A stretch of 64,000 bases of DNA from Deferribacterales bacterium (GCA_050251875.1 JBFWMA010000001.1:250456-314455), one strand, 5' to 3'; shown: positions 22,054 through 32,301, counted from the stretch's first letter. The notes: a model not told the origin generated them from the letters alone. Numbers and translations are program-made.

Positions 22054-22470
22054 ATGCCAAAAGTTACACGGGTTACTGTTTCTATAGATGAGCCCCTTCT
22101 GGAGCAGTTCGAACAATATCTGAATGCCAACGGCTATCCGTCCCGTTCGGAAGGGATAAAGAGCATCATGCGAAAGGCTCTGGTGGAAGACCAGTGGGCA
22201 ACAGACGCAGAGGTCGCCGCCGCCGTGACGATAGTGTATGACCACCATAAGCCGGGAGTGATGCAGAGGCTGACTGAGGTTCAGCATGATTTCGGGGATA
22301 TGGTCATCTGCACCCAGCATGTGCATCTGGATCACCATAACTGCATGGAGGTGCTGATACTGAAAGGAAAATCAGCACAGATAAAATCTCTTTTCAATTC
22401 TCTGAAAGCGATAAAGGGACTGAAGCACAGTTCGCTCAGCGCATCCACCACAGGCGGGGATATACACTGA
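22054..22470 (+). CDS. nikR: nickel-responsive transcriptional regulator NikR
   Basis: Ribbon-helix-helix N-terminus (RVTVSID...SRSEGI), YDHH, HVHLDHHNCMEV; GGAGG RBS. Confidence 0.95.
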   Translation: MPKVTRVTVSIDEPLLEQFEQYLNANGYPSRSEGIKSIMRKALVEDQWATDAEVAAAVTIVYDHHKPGVMQRLTEVQHDFGDMVICTQHVHLDHHNCMEVLILKGKSAQIKSLFNSLKAIKGLKHSSLSASTTGGDIH

Positions 22471-22471
22471 T

Positions 22472-23257
22472 CTATCTGTGACCGCCACCGCCTCCGTTTC
22501 CTCCTCCGCCACCGCTTCCGCCGCTGCCGCCGGATGATGATCCGCCGGAACCGGAGCCTGACCCACCTGAGCCCATGGATGAGGCTGCTCTGCCCTTCTC
22601 GATGTTTCTTCCCATGTTTTCAGCGAAGGATCCTGCGTTGCCGTATCCGGCATTCTGCATAAAGCTTTCTCTGTATTCGTTTATCTGTTTTACATTCAGC
22701 TTCTTCATGGCTTTCACCGCTACCTCGGATGATGTTGCGTCCGGTACGCCGTATCTCGCCATCTCTCTGTACATGGCTGTCACAGCCAGAGCGTATCCGT
22801 CTCTGTCTTCCTTTGTTCCTGCTATATCAGCCGCCAGTCTGTCCAGATTCTTCTGTCCGGCTCCCGCCGCCATGGCGTCAGTCACAGTGTCGGAGAATGT
22901 TCCGGAGGCTTTTGCGGAGATTTTCGCTTTTACCGCCAACTGTCTTGCGAAGGCGTATCTTTCGGATATGGTCTTCGCCGCCATGACCACTCTGTTCTCC
23001 GGAACATTTTTGGCGATCCCTTCCATCACTTTTTCGGCTATGCGTGTCGCTTCAGCGTCTTTTGACGCCTGTATCATGCTTCTGATCTGCGCCATATTCT
23101 GAGTGGAATATCCGGCTGATCTGGTTTTTTGCGCCAGAGCCGCCGCCAGATTTTTTTCCACGCCTGCCGATTCAGCCGAGGTCTGAACATCGGCGTATTC
23201 ATCTGCGAAGGCATGTATGCTGAATATTAAAAGTATTGTCAAAATGAGAGTTTTCAC
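22472..23257 (-). CDS. exported helical protein with a Gly/Ser-rich C-terminal tail
   Basis: GTG start after GAGGAGG, signal peptide ending AFA, Ala-rich body, tail GSGGSGSGSGGSSSGG...GGGGGHR; last gene of the ECF cassette. Confidence 0.75.
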   Translation of the reverse strand: MKTLILTILLIFSIHAFADEYADVQTSAESAGVEKNLAAALAQKTRSAGYSTQNMAQIRSMIQASKDAEATRIAEKVMEGIAKNVPENRVVMAAKTISERYAFARQLAVKAKISAKASGTFSDTVTDAMAAGAGQKNLDRLAADIAGTKEDRDGYALAVTAMYREMARYGVPDATSSEVAVKAMKKLNVKQINEYRESFMQNAGYGNAGSFAENMGRNIEKGRAASSMGSGGSGSGSGGSSSGGSGGSGGGGGNGGGGGHR

Positions 23258-23258
23258 T

Positions 23259-23573
23259 TTATTCCTCCTCATATACACAGAGTTTTCCGCCGAATCCGTC
23301 ACTCTCTTTCATCGGACATTCCGGCAGATAGATTTCTCCGTCCTTTTTCAGAAAATATCTGTAACTTTTTGCGTGGGGCATCATAAATCGCCATCTGCCG
23401 CCGTCTCTGACGCCTTTTATTTCGGCGTATCCGTTCACGGATGAGAACAGACTCAGCTGTCCGGCGTCTTTCACTGCGAAAGACGCTATGTCGGAATCAC
23501 CGCTTCTGTTTATGCTGACTGACGCGCAGGCAGAGAGAACCAGCGTGACTGTCAGTATCAAAAAAAACCTCAA
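23259..23573 (-). CDS. small lipoprotein with a CBM48/AMPK-beta-like C-terminal motif
   Basis: Lipobox LSAC; W...YRYF..DG...DGFGG pattern shared with the upstream anti-sigma. Confidence 0.65.
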   Translation of the reverse strand: MRFFLILTVTLVLSACASVSINRSGDSDIASFAVKDAGQLSLFSSVNGYAEIKGVRDGGRWRFMMPHAKSYRYFLKKDGEIYLPECPMKESDGFGGKLCVYEEE

Positions 23574-24127
23574 ATTTTATCCCCTACGGTTATCACAGAG
23601 TTTTCACCGCCGAAACCGTCATCCTGTCTGGCGGGTGTTGTCGGATCCGGCATCTGGCGTACTCCGTCTATTATATAAGAATAGGCGTATTCACCGTTTT
23701 TCAGAGGCAGGAGCACCTGCCAGTATCCGCCGTCCGTCTTCTGCATCCGCACCGGCTGCCATCCGTTGAATGATCCGGCTACTGAGACCTGTCCGGCATC
23801 AGGAACATATATTACGAATCTCTGCATATGCTCGCTGACAGACGTTTCCGGGGTCATGAGAAAAACTTTCACCATCACCATCAGAGATACCGCCAGAGCG
23901 GCGAACGAAACGTATGAGGCGATGCTGAAAGGCTCTTTTTGGCGGATGACAGGCACAGGGGGCGCTTCTTCCGCAAGATTATACAGTGTCTGTTCCGTCT
24001 GAAGCATATCGAGTGTATCTGCGCAGAAATCATCGTCAGAGTTGATCTCTTTCACGAACTGCTTCTTTTCGTCAATATTCATCTCGTCATCTATAAAAAG
24101 GCTGATGAGAATATCTTTTTCATTCAT
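23570..24127 (-). CDS. putative anti-sigma factor with a periplasmic glycogen-binding (CBM48/AMPK-beta-like) domain
   Basis: LISLFIDDEM anti-sigma-type N-terminus, one TM, then VSVAGSFNGW...GYW...GEYAYSYIIDG...DP...DDGFGG; overlaps the ECF sigma stop. Confidence 0.82.
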   Translation of the reverse strand: MNEKDILISLFIDDEMNIDEKKQFVKEINSDDDFCADTLDMLQTEQTLYNLAEEAPPVPVIRQKEPFSIASYVSFAALAVSLMVMVKVFLMTPETSVSEHMQRFVIYVPDAGQVSVAGSFNGWQPVRMQKTDGGYWQVLLPLKNGEYAYSYIIDGVRQMPDPTTPARQDDGFGGENSVITVGDKI

Positions 24128-24599
24128 CTTCCGCCTCCGTCATCTTTTTAAGTTTGATTCTGGCTCTATGTACTTTGATCTTCACATTCGCCTCGGACAT
24201 GTGGAGTATCTCCGCTATCTGTTTGTAGCTCAGTCCGTCCTGTCCCGCCATAGATAAAATGTCTCTGTCCTCTTTTGGCAGTCTGGCGAACATCCCCAGC
24301 AGTCTGTTTTCTGCCGCCTTTTCTATGACCAGGCTCTCCGGGCTCTCTTCGGTGGCGGGTTCTGCGTCGCTGTCTTTTTCATGCCGTCTCTTCCTGACCA
24401 TATCCAGAAAGAGGCTTCTGGCGACAGTATAGAGCAGGGCGGGATTTTGCTGATCAGGATAATGTCCGGCGTATTTAATGAAAGTATCCTGAAAGATATC
24501 CTCCGCGTCCTCCCGGTTTCCGGTCATTTTCAGAAGATATCCGAAGAGTTTCATTCTGTTGGTCTCAAAAAAATCCTGCAATGCTCTGTTTTGTCTCAT
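24120..24599 (-). CDS. ECF RNA polymerase sigma factor
   Basis: DAEDIFQDTF (region 2), LYTVARSLFLD, GLSYKQIAEILHMSEANVKIKVHRAR (region 4). Confidence 0.93.
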   Translation of the reverse strand: MRQNRALQDFFETNRMKLFGYLLKMTGNREDAEDIFQDTFIKYAGHYPDQQNPALLYTVARSLFLDMVRKRRHEKDSDAEPATEESPESLVIEKAAENRLLGMFARLPKEDRDILSMAGQDGLSYKQIAEILHMSEANVKIKVHRARIKLKKMTEAEDE

Positions 24600-24609
24600 G
24601 CTTAATTAT

Positions 24610-24633
24610 AGGCGGAGCTTTTAAACTCCGCCT
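24610..24633. other. stable intergenic hairpin between the Gly-rich gene and the ECF sigma gene
   Basis: AGGCGGAG/CTCCGCCT stem with no U tract in the operon (minus) direction. Confidence 0.6.
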
Positions 24634-24641
24634 CACTTTTT

Positions 24642-24998
24642 TTATTCGGCAGGTGTTGTTGTTTCGCCTGTCTCTGTTGTGCCTGTGGTCTCTGTTGTTT
24701 CTGCTGTTTGTTCAGTCTGCTCCTGAGTCTGTGTTTCATATCTGTTTCTATGCTGATTCTGATACTGGTATTCGTATCTGTTCTGTGACTGTGTTCCGAA
24801 GTCTATGCCGCCGTAGCTGCCTGTGCTGCCAGGGTCTGAGCCGCCTCTTCCGCCTCCGGAAGCTGAGGATGATGATCCTCCTCCGGCACCGCCACCGCCG
24901 CCGCCACCGCCGCCACCGCCGTTGCCGCCTCTGGCGTATGCTGTGGAAACTGCCAACGCTGTGAGCAGAGCGATCATAAGAATGATTAACTTTTTCAT
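24642..24998 (-). CDS. small exported low-complexity protein (poly-Gly, Gln/Tyr/Asn-rich, Thr/Glu tail)
   Basis: AGGAGG RBS, signal peptide ending AYA, GGN codon run at about 24883-24929. Confidence 0.8.
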   Translation of the reverse strand: MKKLIILMIALLTALAVSTAYARGGNGGGGGGGGGGGAGGGSSSSASGGGRGGSDPGSTGSYGGIDFGTQSQNRYEYQYQNQHRNRYETQTQEQTEQTAETTETTGTTETGETTTPAE

Positions 24999-25036
24999 AA
25001 TGTCCTCCTTTTTTGTAATTTCGGTTGTGCTCTTAT

Positions 25037-25062
25037 AACGGCGGGTCTAAAGTTAGGTTACA
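25037..25062 (-). promoter_or_regulatory. ECF-type promoter TGTAAC-N16-CGTT
   Basis: Minus strand reads TGTAAC ctaactttagacccgc CGTT, about 40 nt upstream of the first gene of the ECF cassette; fits the AAC/CGT ECF consensus. Confidence 0.75.
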
Positions 25063-25128
25063 AAAAAATTCAATTTATTTAATGCTGTGTAAATTTCGGC
25101 GGAACAAACTTACAGAGGTTGTAAAAAA

Positions 25129-26904
25129 ATGTCATTTGACGCATGGTTAACCATTATTGTGATCGGTTTGATGCTGATCGGGCTTATCAAGGATTATTAT
25201 CCTGCTGATGTCCTTACTTTCTCCGCTCTCTGTGTTCTTACCGTTTGCGGGGTAATAAAACCGGAAGACGCTCTGAAAGGTTTTTCTAACAAAGGTATGT
25301 TCACTGTCGCTCTGCTCTTTCCCATAGCTTACGCCGCCCAGTCGTCCGGTGTTCTGAACCATGCGGCGGGGGCGCTGATAGGCAGGGCAAAAGCCGGAAA
25401 AACGGCCATGGTGCGCATGATGCTCCCGGTATTCGGACTTTCCACTTTTCTGAACAACACGCCCGTGGTGGCTATGTTCATCCCCACTGTGCGTGACTGG
25501 GCTGTTTCAGCCAAAATATCTCCGTCGAAATTCCTGATCCCCGTATCATACGCCTCTATTCTGGGCGGTATCTGTACTCTGATAGGCACATCCACAAATC
25601 TGGTGGCGAACGGCATGCTGATGTCCGCCAAGGGGATATCGCTCAAAATGTTCGATTTCGCCTACATAGGCATCCCCTGCGCCATAGCGGGTTTTTTATA
25701 TCTGACATTCATCGGCAGACGTTTTCTGCCTGACAATACAGATATGCTGGCGGATATGGAGACAGACGAGTCTGAGTTCATCTTCGAGATGAAGGTGACC
25801 GCCGAATCGGACATCATAGGCAAATCTCTGTCAGAGGGCAACCTGCGCAAGCTGAATGATATTTTTGCCGTGGGCATCAACAGGCACGGCTCTATAATAT
25901 CCCCTGTTAAGCCGGACGAGGTGGTTGAGCTTGATGACGTGATATTCTTCTCCGGAAAAAAAGACGCCATGAAGCTGCTCTCCTCCGTTAAGGGACTTAT
26001 TCCACACACCCATCAGGAGGACGATTTCAACAGCCTGATGAACGGCAAAAAGACAAAGCTGGTGGAGGCTGTGGTTTCTGTAGCCTCTTCGGTGATAAAT
26101 AAAAAAATTAAAGACGTCAATTTCAGAGGGCGTTATGACGCTGTTGTCCTCGCCATCAAAAGGGACGGACGAAAGCTTGACACAGGTCTGGGCGGAACCG
26201 TGCTGAAATCAGGGGATACCATTCTCCTGCTGGCGGGAGCGGATTTTTCCAAGCGTGTTGACTCTTCAGACTTCTATCTGCTGAGTAAAACCGAGAATAT
26301 AGTTCCCGTGGACAACAGAAAGGTGTGGATAACAGTACTTTCGCTTGTTTCCATGATTGTTCTGTCCGCTGCTGGGATTCTGGATATTTTTTATGGAGCG
26401 ATGATAGTGTTTGCTATCCTTCTGCTCTCCAGAACACTTACCGCGTCTGAAGCCAGAAGATCCATAGAGATAAACGTTCTGATAGTAATCGCCTCGTCTT
26501 TCGGACTGGGGATAGCCATAGAGAAGACAGGGCTTGCCTCCATGATAGCCGGCAGTGTGATAGAATATTCAGCCGGATGGGGGCTGGTGGGCGCTCTGGC
26601 GGCTGTGTCCCTGGCGGTGACTCTCTTGACCGAGTTGATAACCAACAACGCCGCTGTGGCTCTGGTCTTTCCCGTGGCTATGTCTGTGGCGGACAAGGCG
26701 GATGCATCGCCTATCCCGTTCGCTCTGGCGGTGGCTATAGCCGCTTCAGCCAGTTTTGCCACTCCCATAGGATATCAGACCAACCTGATGGTTCAGGGAC
26801 CCGGCGGATATAAGTTTTCCGATTACCTCAAGATAGGTGTGCCTATGAATTTGATATATTTTGTGGTATCAGTATTACTTATACCTGTGTTCTTTAAGTT
26901 TTAG
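25129..26904 (+). CDS. SLC13/DASS permease with TrkA-C domains (probable sulfate uptake)
   Basis: [21 protein letters not shown], two TrkA-C-like repeats, [13 protein letters not shown]; upstream of cysD. Confidence 0.9.
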   Translation: MSFDAWLTIIVIGLMLIGLIKDYYPADVLTFSALCVLTVCGVIKPEDALKGFSNKGMFTVALLFPIAYAAQSSGVLNHAAGALIGRAKAGKTAMVRMMLPVFGLSTFLNNTPVVAMFIPTVRDWAVSAKISPSKFLIPVSYASILGGICTLIGTSTNLVANGMLMSAKGISLKMFDFAYIGIPCAIAGFLYLTFIGRRFLPDNTDMLADMETDESEFIFEMKVTAESDIIGKSLSEGNLRKLNDIFAVGINRHGSIISPVKPDEVVELDDVIFFSGKKDAMKLLSSVKGLIPHTHQEDDFNSLMNGKKTKLVEAVVSVASSVINKKIKDVNFRGRYDAVVLAIKRDGRKLDTGLGGTVLKSGDTILLLAGADFSKRVDSSDFYLLSKTENIVPVDNRKVWITVLSLVSMIVLSAAGILDIFYGAMIVFAILLLSRTLTASEARRSIEINVLIVIASSFGLGIAIEKTGLASMIAGSVIEYSAGWGLVGALAAVSLAVTLLTELITNNAAVALVFPVAMSVADKADASPIPFALAVAIAASASFATPIGYQTNLMVQGPGGYKFSDYLKIGVPMNLIYFVVSVLLIPVFFKF

Positions 26905-26915
26905 AGGTTTTTTTG

Positions 26916-27821
26916 ATGAAAGAGAGAATGACCCACCTGAAACAGCTGGAGGCGGAGAGCATACACATTATCCGTGAGGCTGTGGCGGAGGCGGAGAATC
27001 CGGTGATGCTCTATTCCATAGGCAAGGATTCGTCCGTTATGCTCCATCTGGCCATGAAGGCTTTTTATCCAGGCAAACTTCCTTTTCCGCTGATGCATGT
27101 GGATACCACATGGAAATTCAGGGATATGATAAAATTTCGTGACGAGACAGCTAAGAGGCTGGGACTCGATCTTATAGTATATATCAACGAAGACGGTCTG
27201 AGCAGAGGCATCAGCCCCATAACCCACGGCAGCAAGGTGCATACCGACGTGATGAAGACAGAAGGGCTGAAACAGGCGCTGGACAAATACCGCTTCGATG
27301 TGATTTTCGGCGGCGCCAGAAGGGACGAGGAGAAATCCAGAGCGAAAGAGAGAATTTTTTCCTTCAGGGACAAGAACCACAGATGGGACCCGAAAAACCA
27401 GCGTCCTGAACTGTGGAATATATTCAACTGTTCAATAAACAAAGGCGAGAGCATCAGGGTCTTTCCCCTGTCCAACTGGACGGAGCTGGACGTATGGCTC
27501 TATGTCTATCAGGAGAATATCCCTGTTGTTCCCCTCTATTTTTCTGAGAAACGCCCGGTGGTGGAGAGGGACGGCATGCTGATAATGGTGGACGACGATC
27601 GCTTTCCCATACTGGAGGGTGAAGAGGTCAGGGAAGAATATGTCCGCTTCCGCACCCTGGGATGTTATCCCCTGTCCGGCGCTGTGCGCTCCATGGCGAA
27701 GACTCTGCCTGAGATTATTCAGGAGATGCTTCTGGCGAAAGTTTCCGAGCGTCAGGGTAGGCTGATAGATTTCGATCAGTCCGGCTCTATGGAAAAGAAA
27801 AAGATTGAGGGCTATTTCTGA
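26916..27821 (+). CDS. cysD: sulfate adenylyltransferase subunit 2
   Basis: [39 protein letters not shown]. Confidence 0.97.
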   Translation: MKERMTHLKQLEAESIHIIREAVAEAENPVMLYSIGKDSSVMLHLAMKAFYPGKLPFPLMHVDTTWKFRDMIKFRDETAKRLGLDLIVYINEDGLSRGISPITHGSKVHTDVMKTEGLKQALDKYRFDVIFGGARRDEEKSRAKERIFSFRDKNHRWDPKNQRPELWNIFNCSINKGESIRVFPLSNWTELDVWLYVYQENIPVVPLYFSEKRPVVERDGMLIMVDDDRFPILEGEEVREEYVRFRTLGCYPLSGAVRSMAKTLPEIIQEMLLAKVSERQGRLIDFDQSGSMEKKKIEGYF

Positions 27822-29722
27822 TGTCGCATAAATCTGACCTGATAGAAAAGGACATTCTGGCATATCTGAAAGAGCACGAGCAGAAACAGCTTGTGCGGTT
27901 TATCACCTGCGGCAGTGTGGATGACGGCAAAAGTACGCTCATCGGCAGACTTCTGCATGATTCCAAGCTGATATACGAAGATCAGCTCGCCAGCATCAGA
28001 AAAGACTCAAAATATAAAGGCAGTTCCGCCGATAACTTCGATCTCGCTCTTCTGGTGGACGGGCTTCAGGCGGAGAGGGAGCAGGGCATCACCATAGATG
28101 TCGCCTACAGATATTTTTCCACCAGCAAAAGAAAATTCATCATAGCCGATACCCCGGGGCATATTCAATATACCAGAAACATGGCGACAGGCGCTTCTTC
28201 AGCCGATCTTGCTATCATTCTGATAGATGCCAGATACGGGGTGCTTACCCAGACCAGAAGACACTCATATATCGTCAGTCTGCTGGGCATCAGGCACATA
28301 GTGGTCGCCGTGAACAAGATGGACATAGTGGACTACGAAGAGAGTGTTTTTAATAAAATAGTGAATGACTACAAAGATTTCTGCAACGAGGCGGGGATCG
28401 ATTCCAATAAAGTATATTTCGTGCCCATGTCCGCTCTGAAAGGAAGCAACGTGGTGGAGAAGAGTCCTGAAATGCCATGGTATAAGGGAACGCCCCTTAT
28501 GGACATTCTGGAGACCATAGAGATAGACGATGACGTGAATTATAAGGATTTTCGTCTGCCCGTGCAGTATGTCAACAGACCCGACCTGAACTTCAGAGGG
28601 TTCTGCGGAACCATAGCCTCAGGCTCGGTGAAGGTTGGCGACAGCATAAGTGTTCTGCCGTCCGGTCTGACCAGCAGTGTTAAGAGCATCATAGAAAACT
28701 GCAAAGAGACTGACGAGGCTTCCGCCGGATATGCCGTCACCCTGACCATGAACGATGAGATAGATGTCAGCCGGGGCGACATGATAGTGAAATCGGACAG
28801 CGTGCCGGAGGTCGGCGACTGTTTCGATGCATATGTGGTGTGGATGGCTGAGGAAGAGCTGGAGCTGAACAAGGCATATTACATAAAGAGAGCCGCCACA
28901 AAGGTCACAGGGTTCATTGACCAGATACACTACAAGGTGGACGTGAACACGCTGGAAAAACTGCCGGCGCAGAAGCTGGCTCTAAACGAAATAGCCTACT
29001 GCCGTATCAATCTGTCTTCCAAAATAGCCTATGACACCTATAAGGATCACAGATACACAGGCAGTCTGATATTCATAGACAGGATAACGAACAACACCTG
29101 CGGCGCTGCCATGATCGACAGAAAGAACGTGGCGAGCAACGTTATCTGGCACAAGCACAAGGTGGAGAAAGCGGAGAGATGCCGGATAAAAGGTCACAGA
29201 CCCTGCGTCATCTGGCTGACAGGACTTAGCGGCTCCGGAAAATCCACCATATCAAACGCTCTGGAAGAGAGGCTGAACAGAAGCGGAATACACACATATC
29301 TGCTGGACGGCGACAACGTGCGCCACGGGCTGAACAAAGATCTGGGCTTCAGCGAGGCGGACAGAAACGAGAATATCCGCAGGATAGGAGAGGTCGCGAA
29401 ACTGTTCTCCGATGCCGGGCTGGTGGTTATCACCGCATTTATCTCCCCGTTCCGGGCGGAGAGAGAGATGGTGCGGAGTATCATGGAAGAGGGCGAGTTT
29501 GTAGAAGTATATGTGAATGCTCCTCTGGACGTGTGCGAGAAGCGTGACCCGAAAAACCTTTATAAAAAAGCCAGAAAAGGCGAGATAAAGGATTTCACAG
29601 GTATATCCTCCCCCTATGAAGAACCTCTGAACCCGGAGATAGAGGTCAGCACCCACGAGCTGAGCGTGGATGAGTCGGTGGAGAAGATACTGAAGCATCT
29701 GAACGATAAAAAACTGATATAG
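27821..29722 (+). CDS. cysNC: bifunctional sulfate adenylyltransferase subunit 1 / adenylylsulfate kinase
   Basis: [14 protein letters not shown] and NKMD GTPase motifs; C-terminal APS kinase [31 protein letters not shown]. Confidence 0.96.
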   Translation: MSHKSDLIEKDILAYLKEHEQKQLVRFITCGSVDDGKSTLIGRLLHDSKLIYEDQLASIRKDSKYKGSSADNFDLALLVDGLQAEREQGITIDVAYRYFSTSKRKFIIADTPGHIQYTRNMATGASSADLAIILIDARYGVLTQTRRHSYIVSLLGIRHIVVAVNKMDIVDYEESVFNKIVNDYKDFCNEAGIDSNKVYFVPMSALKGSNVVEKSPEMPWYKGTPLMDILETIEIDDDVNYKDFRLPVQYVNRPDLNFRGFCGTIASGSVKVGDSISVLPSGLTSSVKSIIENCKETDEASAGYAVTLTMNDEIDVSRGDMIVKSDSVPEVGDCFDAYVVWMAEEELELNKAYYIKRAATKVTGFIDQIHYKVDVNTLEKLPAQKLALNEIAYCRINLSSKIAYDTYKDHRYTGSLIFIDRITNNTCGAAMIDRKNVASNVIWHKHKVEKAERCRIKGHRPCVIWLTGLSGSGKSTISNALEERLNRSGIHTYLLDGDNVRHGLNKDLGFSEADRNENIRRIGEVAKLFSDAGLVVITAFISPFRAEREMVRSIMEEGEFVEVYVNAPLDVCEKRDPKNLYKKARKGEIKDFTGISSPYEEPLNPEIEVSTHELSVDESVEKILKHLNDKKLI

Positions 29723-29727
29723 ACACT

Positions 29728-29753
29728 GCCCCGCTTATGCGGGGCTTTTTTTT
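29728..29753 (+). terminator. intrinsic terminator after cysNC
   Basis: GCCCCGC TTAT GCGGGGC followed by T8. Confidence 0.88.
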
Positions 29754-29826
29754 AGATAAAATTATTCGTCCATACATCAGCCTGTCTCTTATTTTATCCC
29801 CCAAAAAAACGTTCTAAGAAAAGTAT

Positions 29827-29845
29827 GATATTGACAATCAGTATC
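29827..29845 (+). promoter_or_regulatory. Fur box upstream of flavodoxin
   Basis: GATATTGACAATCAGTATC matches the 19-bp Fur consensus GATAATGATAATCATTATC at 16/19 and overlaps a TTGACA -35. Confidence 0.8.
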
Positions 29846-29888
29846 AATAGAGTTATACGGGGATAGCATTACAAAAACGGAGGTATAC

Positions 29889-30410
29889 ATGGGCAGTATA
29901 GGATTATTTTACGGCTCCAGCGGCGGGGTGACGGAAGGCATAGCGCATAAAATAGCGGCGGCTCTGAACAGCAGAGGCTTTGTGGTGGATGTTATAAACG
30001 TGGCAAACACATCTTCAAAAGAGATGGAGAAATATGACAGGTTGATCATGGGAACATCCACATGGGGCATGGGCGATCTTCAGGACGACTGGGAAAACTT
30101 TCTGCCGGAGCTGGAACAGACGGATTTCAGCGGAAAGACAGTGTCCTTCTTCGGGACAGGCGATCAGGATACCTATTGTGATACGTTTCTGGACGGCATG
30201 GGCATCCTATATGAAAAGGTGCTGGACAGCAAGGTGACCGTTGTTGGGTCATGGTCTGTGGACGGGTATACTTTTTCTGAATCCAGAGCTGTGGTGGACG
30301 GTGAGTTCATTGGACTCGCTCTGGATGACGACACCCAGCCCCATCAGACCAATCCGCGAATAGCCGCATGGACCGAGCTGCTCACAGAGCAGTTCTCTTC
30401 TTCAGTCTGA
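29889..30410 (+). CDS. fldA: long-chain flavodoxin
   Basis: FYGSSGGVTE, GTSTWGMGDLQDDW, FGTGDQ, GLALD. Confidence 0.93.
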   Translation: MGSIGLFYGSSGGVTEGIAHKIAAALNSRGFVVDVINVANTSSKEMEKYDRLIMGTSTWGMGDLQDDWENFLPELEQTDFSGKTVSFFGTGDQDTYCDTFLDGMGILYEKVLDSKVTVVGSWSVDGYTFSESRAVVDGEFIGLALDDDTQPHQTNPRIAAWTELLTEQFSSSV

Positions 30411-30418
30411 GTTGTCTT

Positions 30419-30454
30419 CCCGCATCCGCTCTTTTTTTGCGGGTGCGGGCTTTT
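30419..30454 (+). terminator. terminator after flavodoxin
   Basis: CCCGCATCCGC...GCGGGTGCGGG stem followed by CTTTT. Confidence 0.7.
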
Positions 30455-30688
30455 ACTACATTTTACATCAGCGTGATATCTATCTGACAATATTTGTCTA
30501 ATCTATATCTCGCTATCATACAAAATGAGGATAGATGTTTTTTATGGGAAAAATTATTAAGACACTCATGGTGAGGCTTATGCGCCTCAGTGTGAAAAGA
30601 AAAAAAAGAACCGGAAAAAACTTTGGGCGCACAGCCCGGACAAGACAGCCTGTGTGTCTTGTCCAGTATGTGCTGAAGAACGACTGAT

Positions 30689-32290
30689 CTAGTAAATCTG
30701 TTTAGATACTCCGGTATCGCTGTTCTCTTCTATCTTCTCCAGAACGTTTTTCGGCGGGTTAACTGTAGCGTCCCTGCCGTATATGAAGGTCTGCTGCGCG
30801 GCTATCACTCTGTATGCTTTGTTCATTGTTAGAGCTCTTTCTCTGGACGGGAACAGCAGAACAGAGATATCTGACTGAAGTTTTTTGATCATTTCCGGTT
30901 TCAGCGAGCCGTCAGGGTTGAAGAATTTTTTCATCACTTCATCGTTGCCTCTGAACTCGTCTCCGGCGTGGTTTGTTTCCAGATAGAAGGCGTATTCGGC
31001 TTGGTCACCTGCGGTCTTATATCTCACCGTCTGGTCCTTCAGTCCTTTGAGTCCCTTCTGAGACCAGTGATTCCATCCGTATTCAATGCTGTTCCTGTCT
31101 CCGCCTTCCAGTTTTCTCTGATAGCTGAATACTGTGTCCGCCGTTGCGCCTATTCCTGTGTGGCATCCCATGCAGAAGAGGGTTTCTTCATCGCTCTGGG
31201 GTCTTAAATTACCGTCTCTGTCTTCAATAAACCCCTGATATATCCATCCGGAACCTGTCTGCATCCCGGCGTTTCCGTTTCCGGTGTATCTTGTCATCGC
31301 AATTTCTTTGGATATGAACAGGTCCTTCATTTCGCTGATGTATGACTCTTTCATCCGGGCATAGTCCATCCACTCGTCCTTCACGGCGTAGCGAACTTCT
31401 TTCATACGGGCAGACATGCGGGGCTGGTTCTTTTCGTCGTCCCAGTCCACATACCGCACTGTGTGCAGAAGCTCCGTGCCGACAGGCAGGAGTCCTCCGG
31501 CTATCTGCTCGCCTTCCGCCATTCCGGCGTAGCTCATGGGAGCTGTGGTCCATGTATACTTTATCATTTCGGCAGTGGTCAGCGATCCGTCACCGTCCAG
31601 ATCTTTTCCGGCTTTCCTTTCGTTTATGGGTTCAGAGGTTACTGACTTCTGCTTCAGCATACTTTCGGCTATCGCCAGATTCGCCTTATAGATATCTATG
31701 CTGAATCTGCCCTGTTTGTCCTTTCTGAATTTTTCAGGCAGCCGGATCAGCACATCATCGGTCGATCCGTTGGTAGGCCAGAACGTGCCTAGAAAAGGAT
31801 AGTATCTGAATGCTCGCCAGCCGGTATATGCGCCCGTTCTGTCTCTGTCGAACCCTTCATCGTCAAAATTCATATAGCAGTCAGGCACATAGCCTTCGAA
31901 ATTTTTAGGGAGGCTTTTCTGTAGGATGATGTTTCCGTCATTGTCCAGATAGTTGGATGTTCTGATATAGCTGAGTATCACGCTGTCGCTTATCTTCGCC
32001 ACATCTTCGCTTCTGTCGATGAACAGGTTTTTCCATCTGTTCTTCATGGCGGTCGCAGGAAAATCCAGCGCCACCTGAAGAGACGAATCGTCCATATAGT
32101 TCGGTTCGACACCTTTTGTGTGGCAGGAATAGCAAGGGTTGTGCGCCTGTCTGTTCTCGTCCTTGGTTTTGGTGTAGCACATAGGCGGGATGTAGGCGGC
32201 GGAGTTCTCAAACGACATATAGTTTTTAGCCGCAGCTCCGAAAACGCAGAAAGCCGCTATAGCGGCAGTGAAAATAGTTTTTCTTTTCAT
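30689..32290 (-). CDS. exported protein with two CxxCH motifs (putative di-haem c protein)
   Basis: Signal peptide; CYSCH (32120-32134) and CMGCH (31160-31174). Confidence 0.75.
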   Translation of the reverse strand: MKRKTIFTAAIAAFCVFGAAAKNYMSFENSAAYIPPMCYTKTKDENRQAHNPCYSCHTKGVEPNYMDDSSLQVALDFPATAMKNRWKNLFIDRSEDVAKISDSVILSYIRTSNYLDNDGNIILQKSLPKNFEGYVPDCYMNFDDEGFDRDRTGAYTGWRAFRYYPFLGTFWPTNGSTDDVLIRLPEKFRKDKQGRFSIDIYKANLAIAESMLKQKSVTSEPINERKAGKDLDGDGSLTTAEMIKYTWTTAPMSYAGMAEGEQIAGGLLPVGTELLHTVRYVDWDDEKNQPRMSARMKEVRYAVKDEWMDYARMKESYISEMKDLFISKEIAMTRYTGNGNAGMQTGSGWIYQGFIEDRDGNLRPQSDEETLFCMGCHTGIGATADTVFSYQRKLEGGDRNSIEYGWNHWSQKGLKGLKDQTVRYKTAGDQAEYAFYLETNHAGDEFRGNDEVMKKFFNPDGSLKPEMIKKLQSDISVLLFPSRERALTMNKAYRVIAAQQTFIYGRDATVNPPKNVLEKIEENSDTGVSKQIY

Positions 32291-32301
32291 GAGGTCACCG
32301 T

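Noticed and set aside
24883..24929. CCG/CCA trinucleotide run as a CRISPR or contingency repeat
   Set aside because: It is simply mixed Gly codons; no spacers, and length changes would stay in frame.
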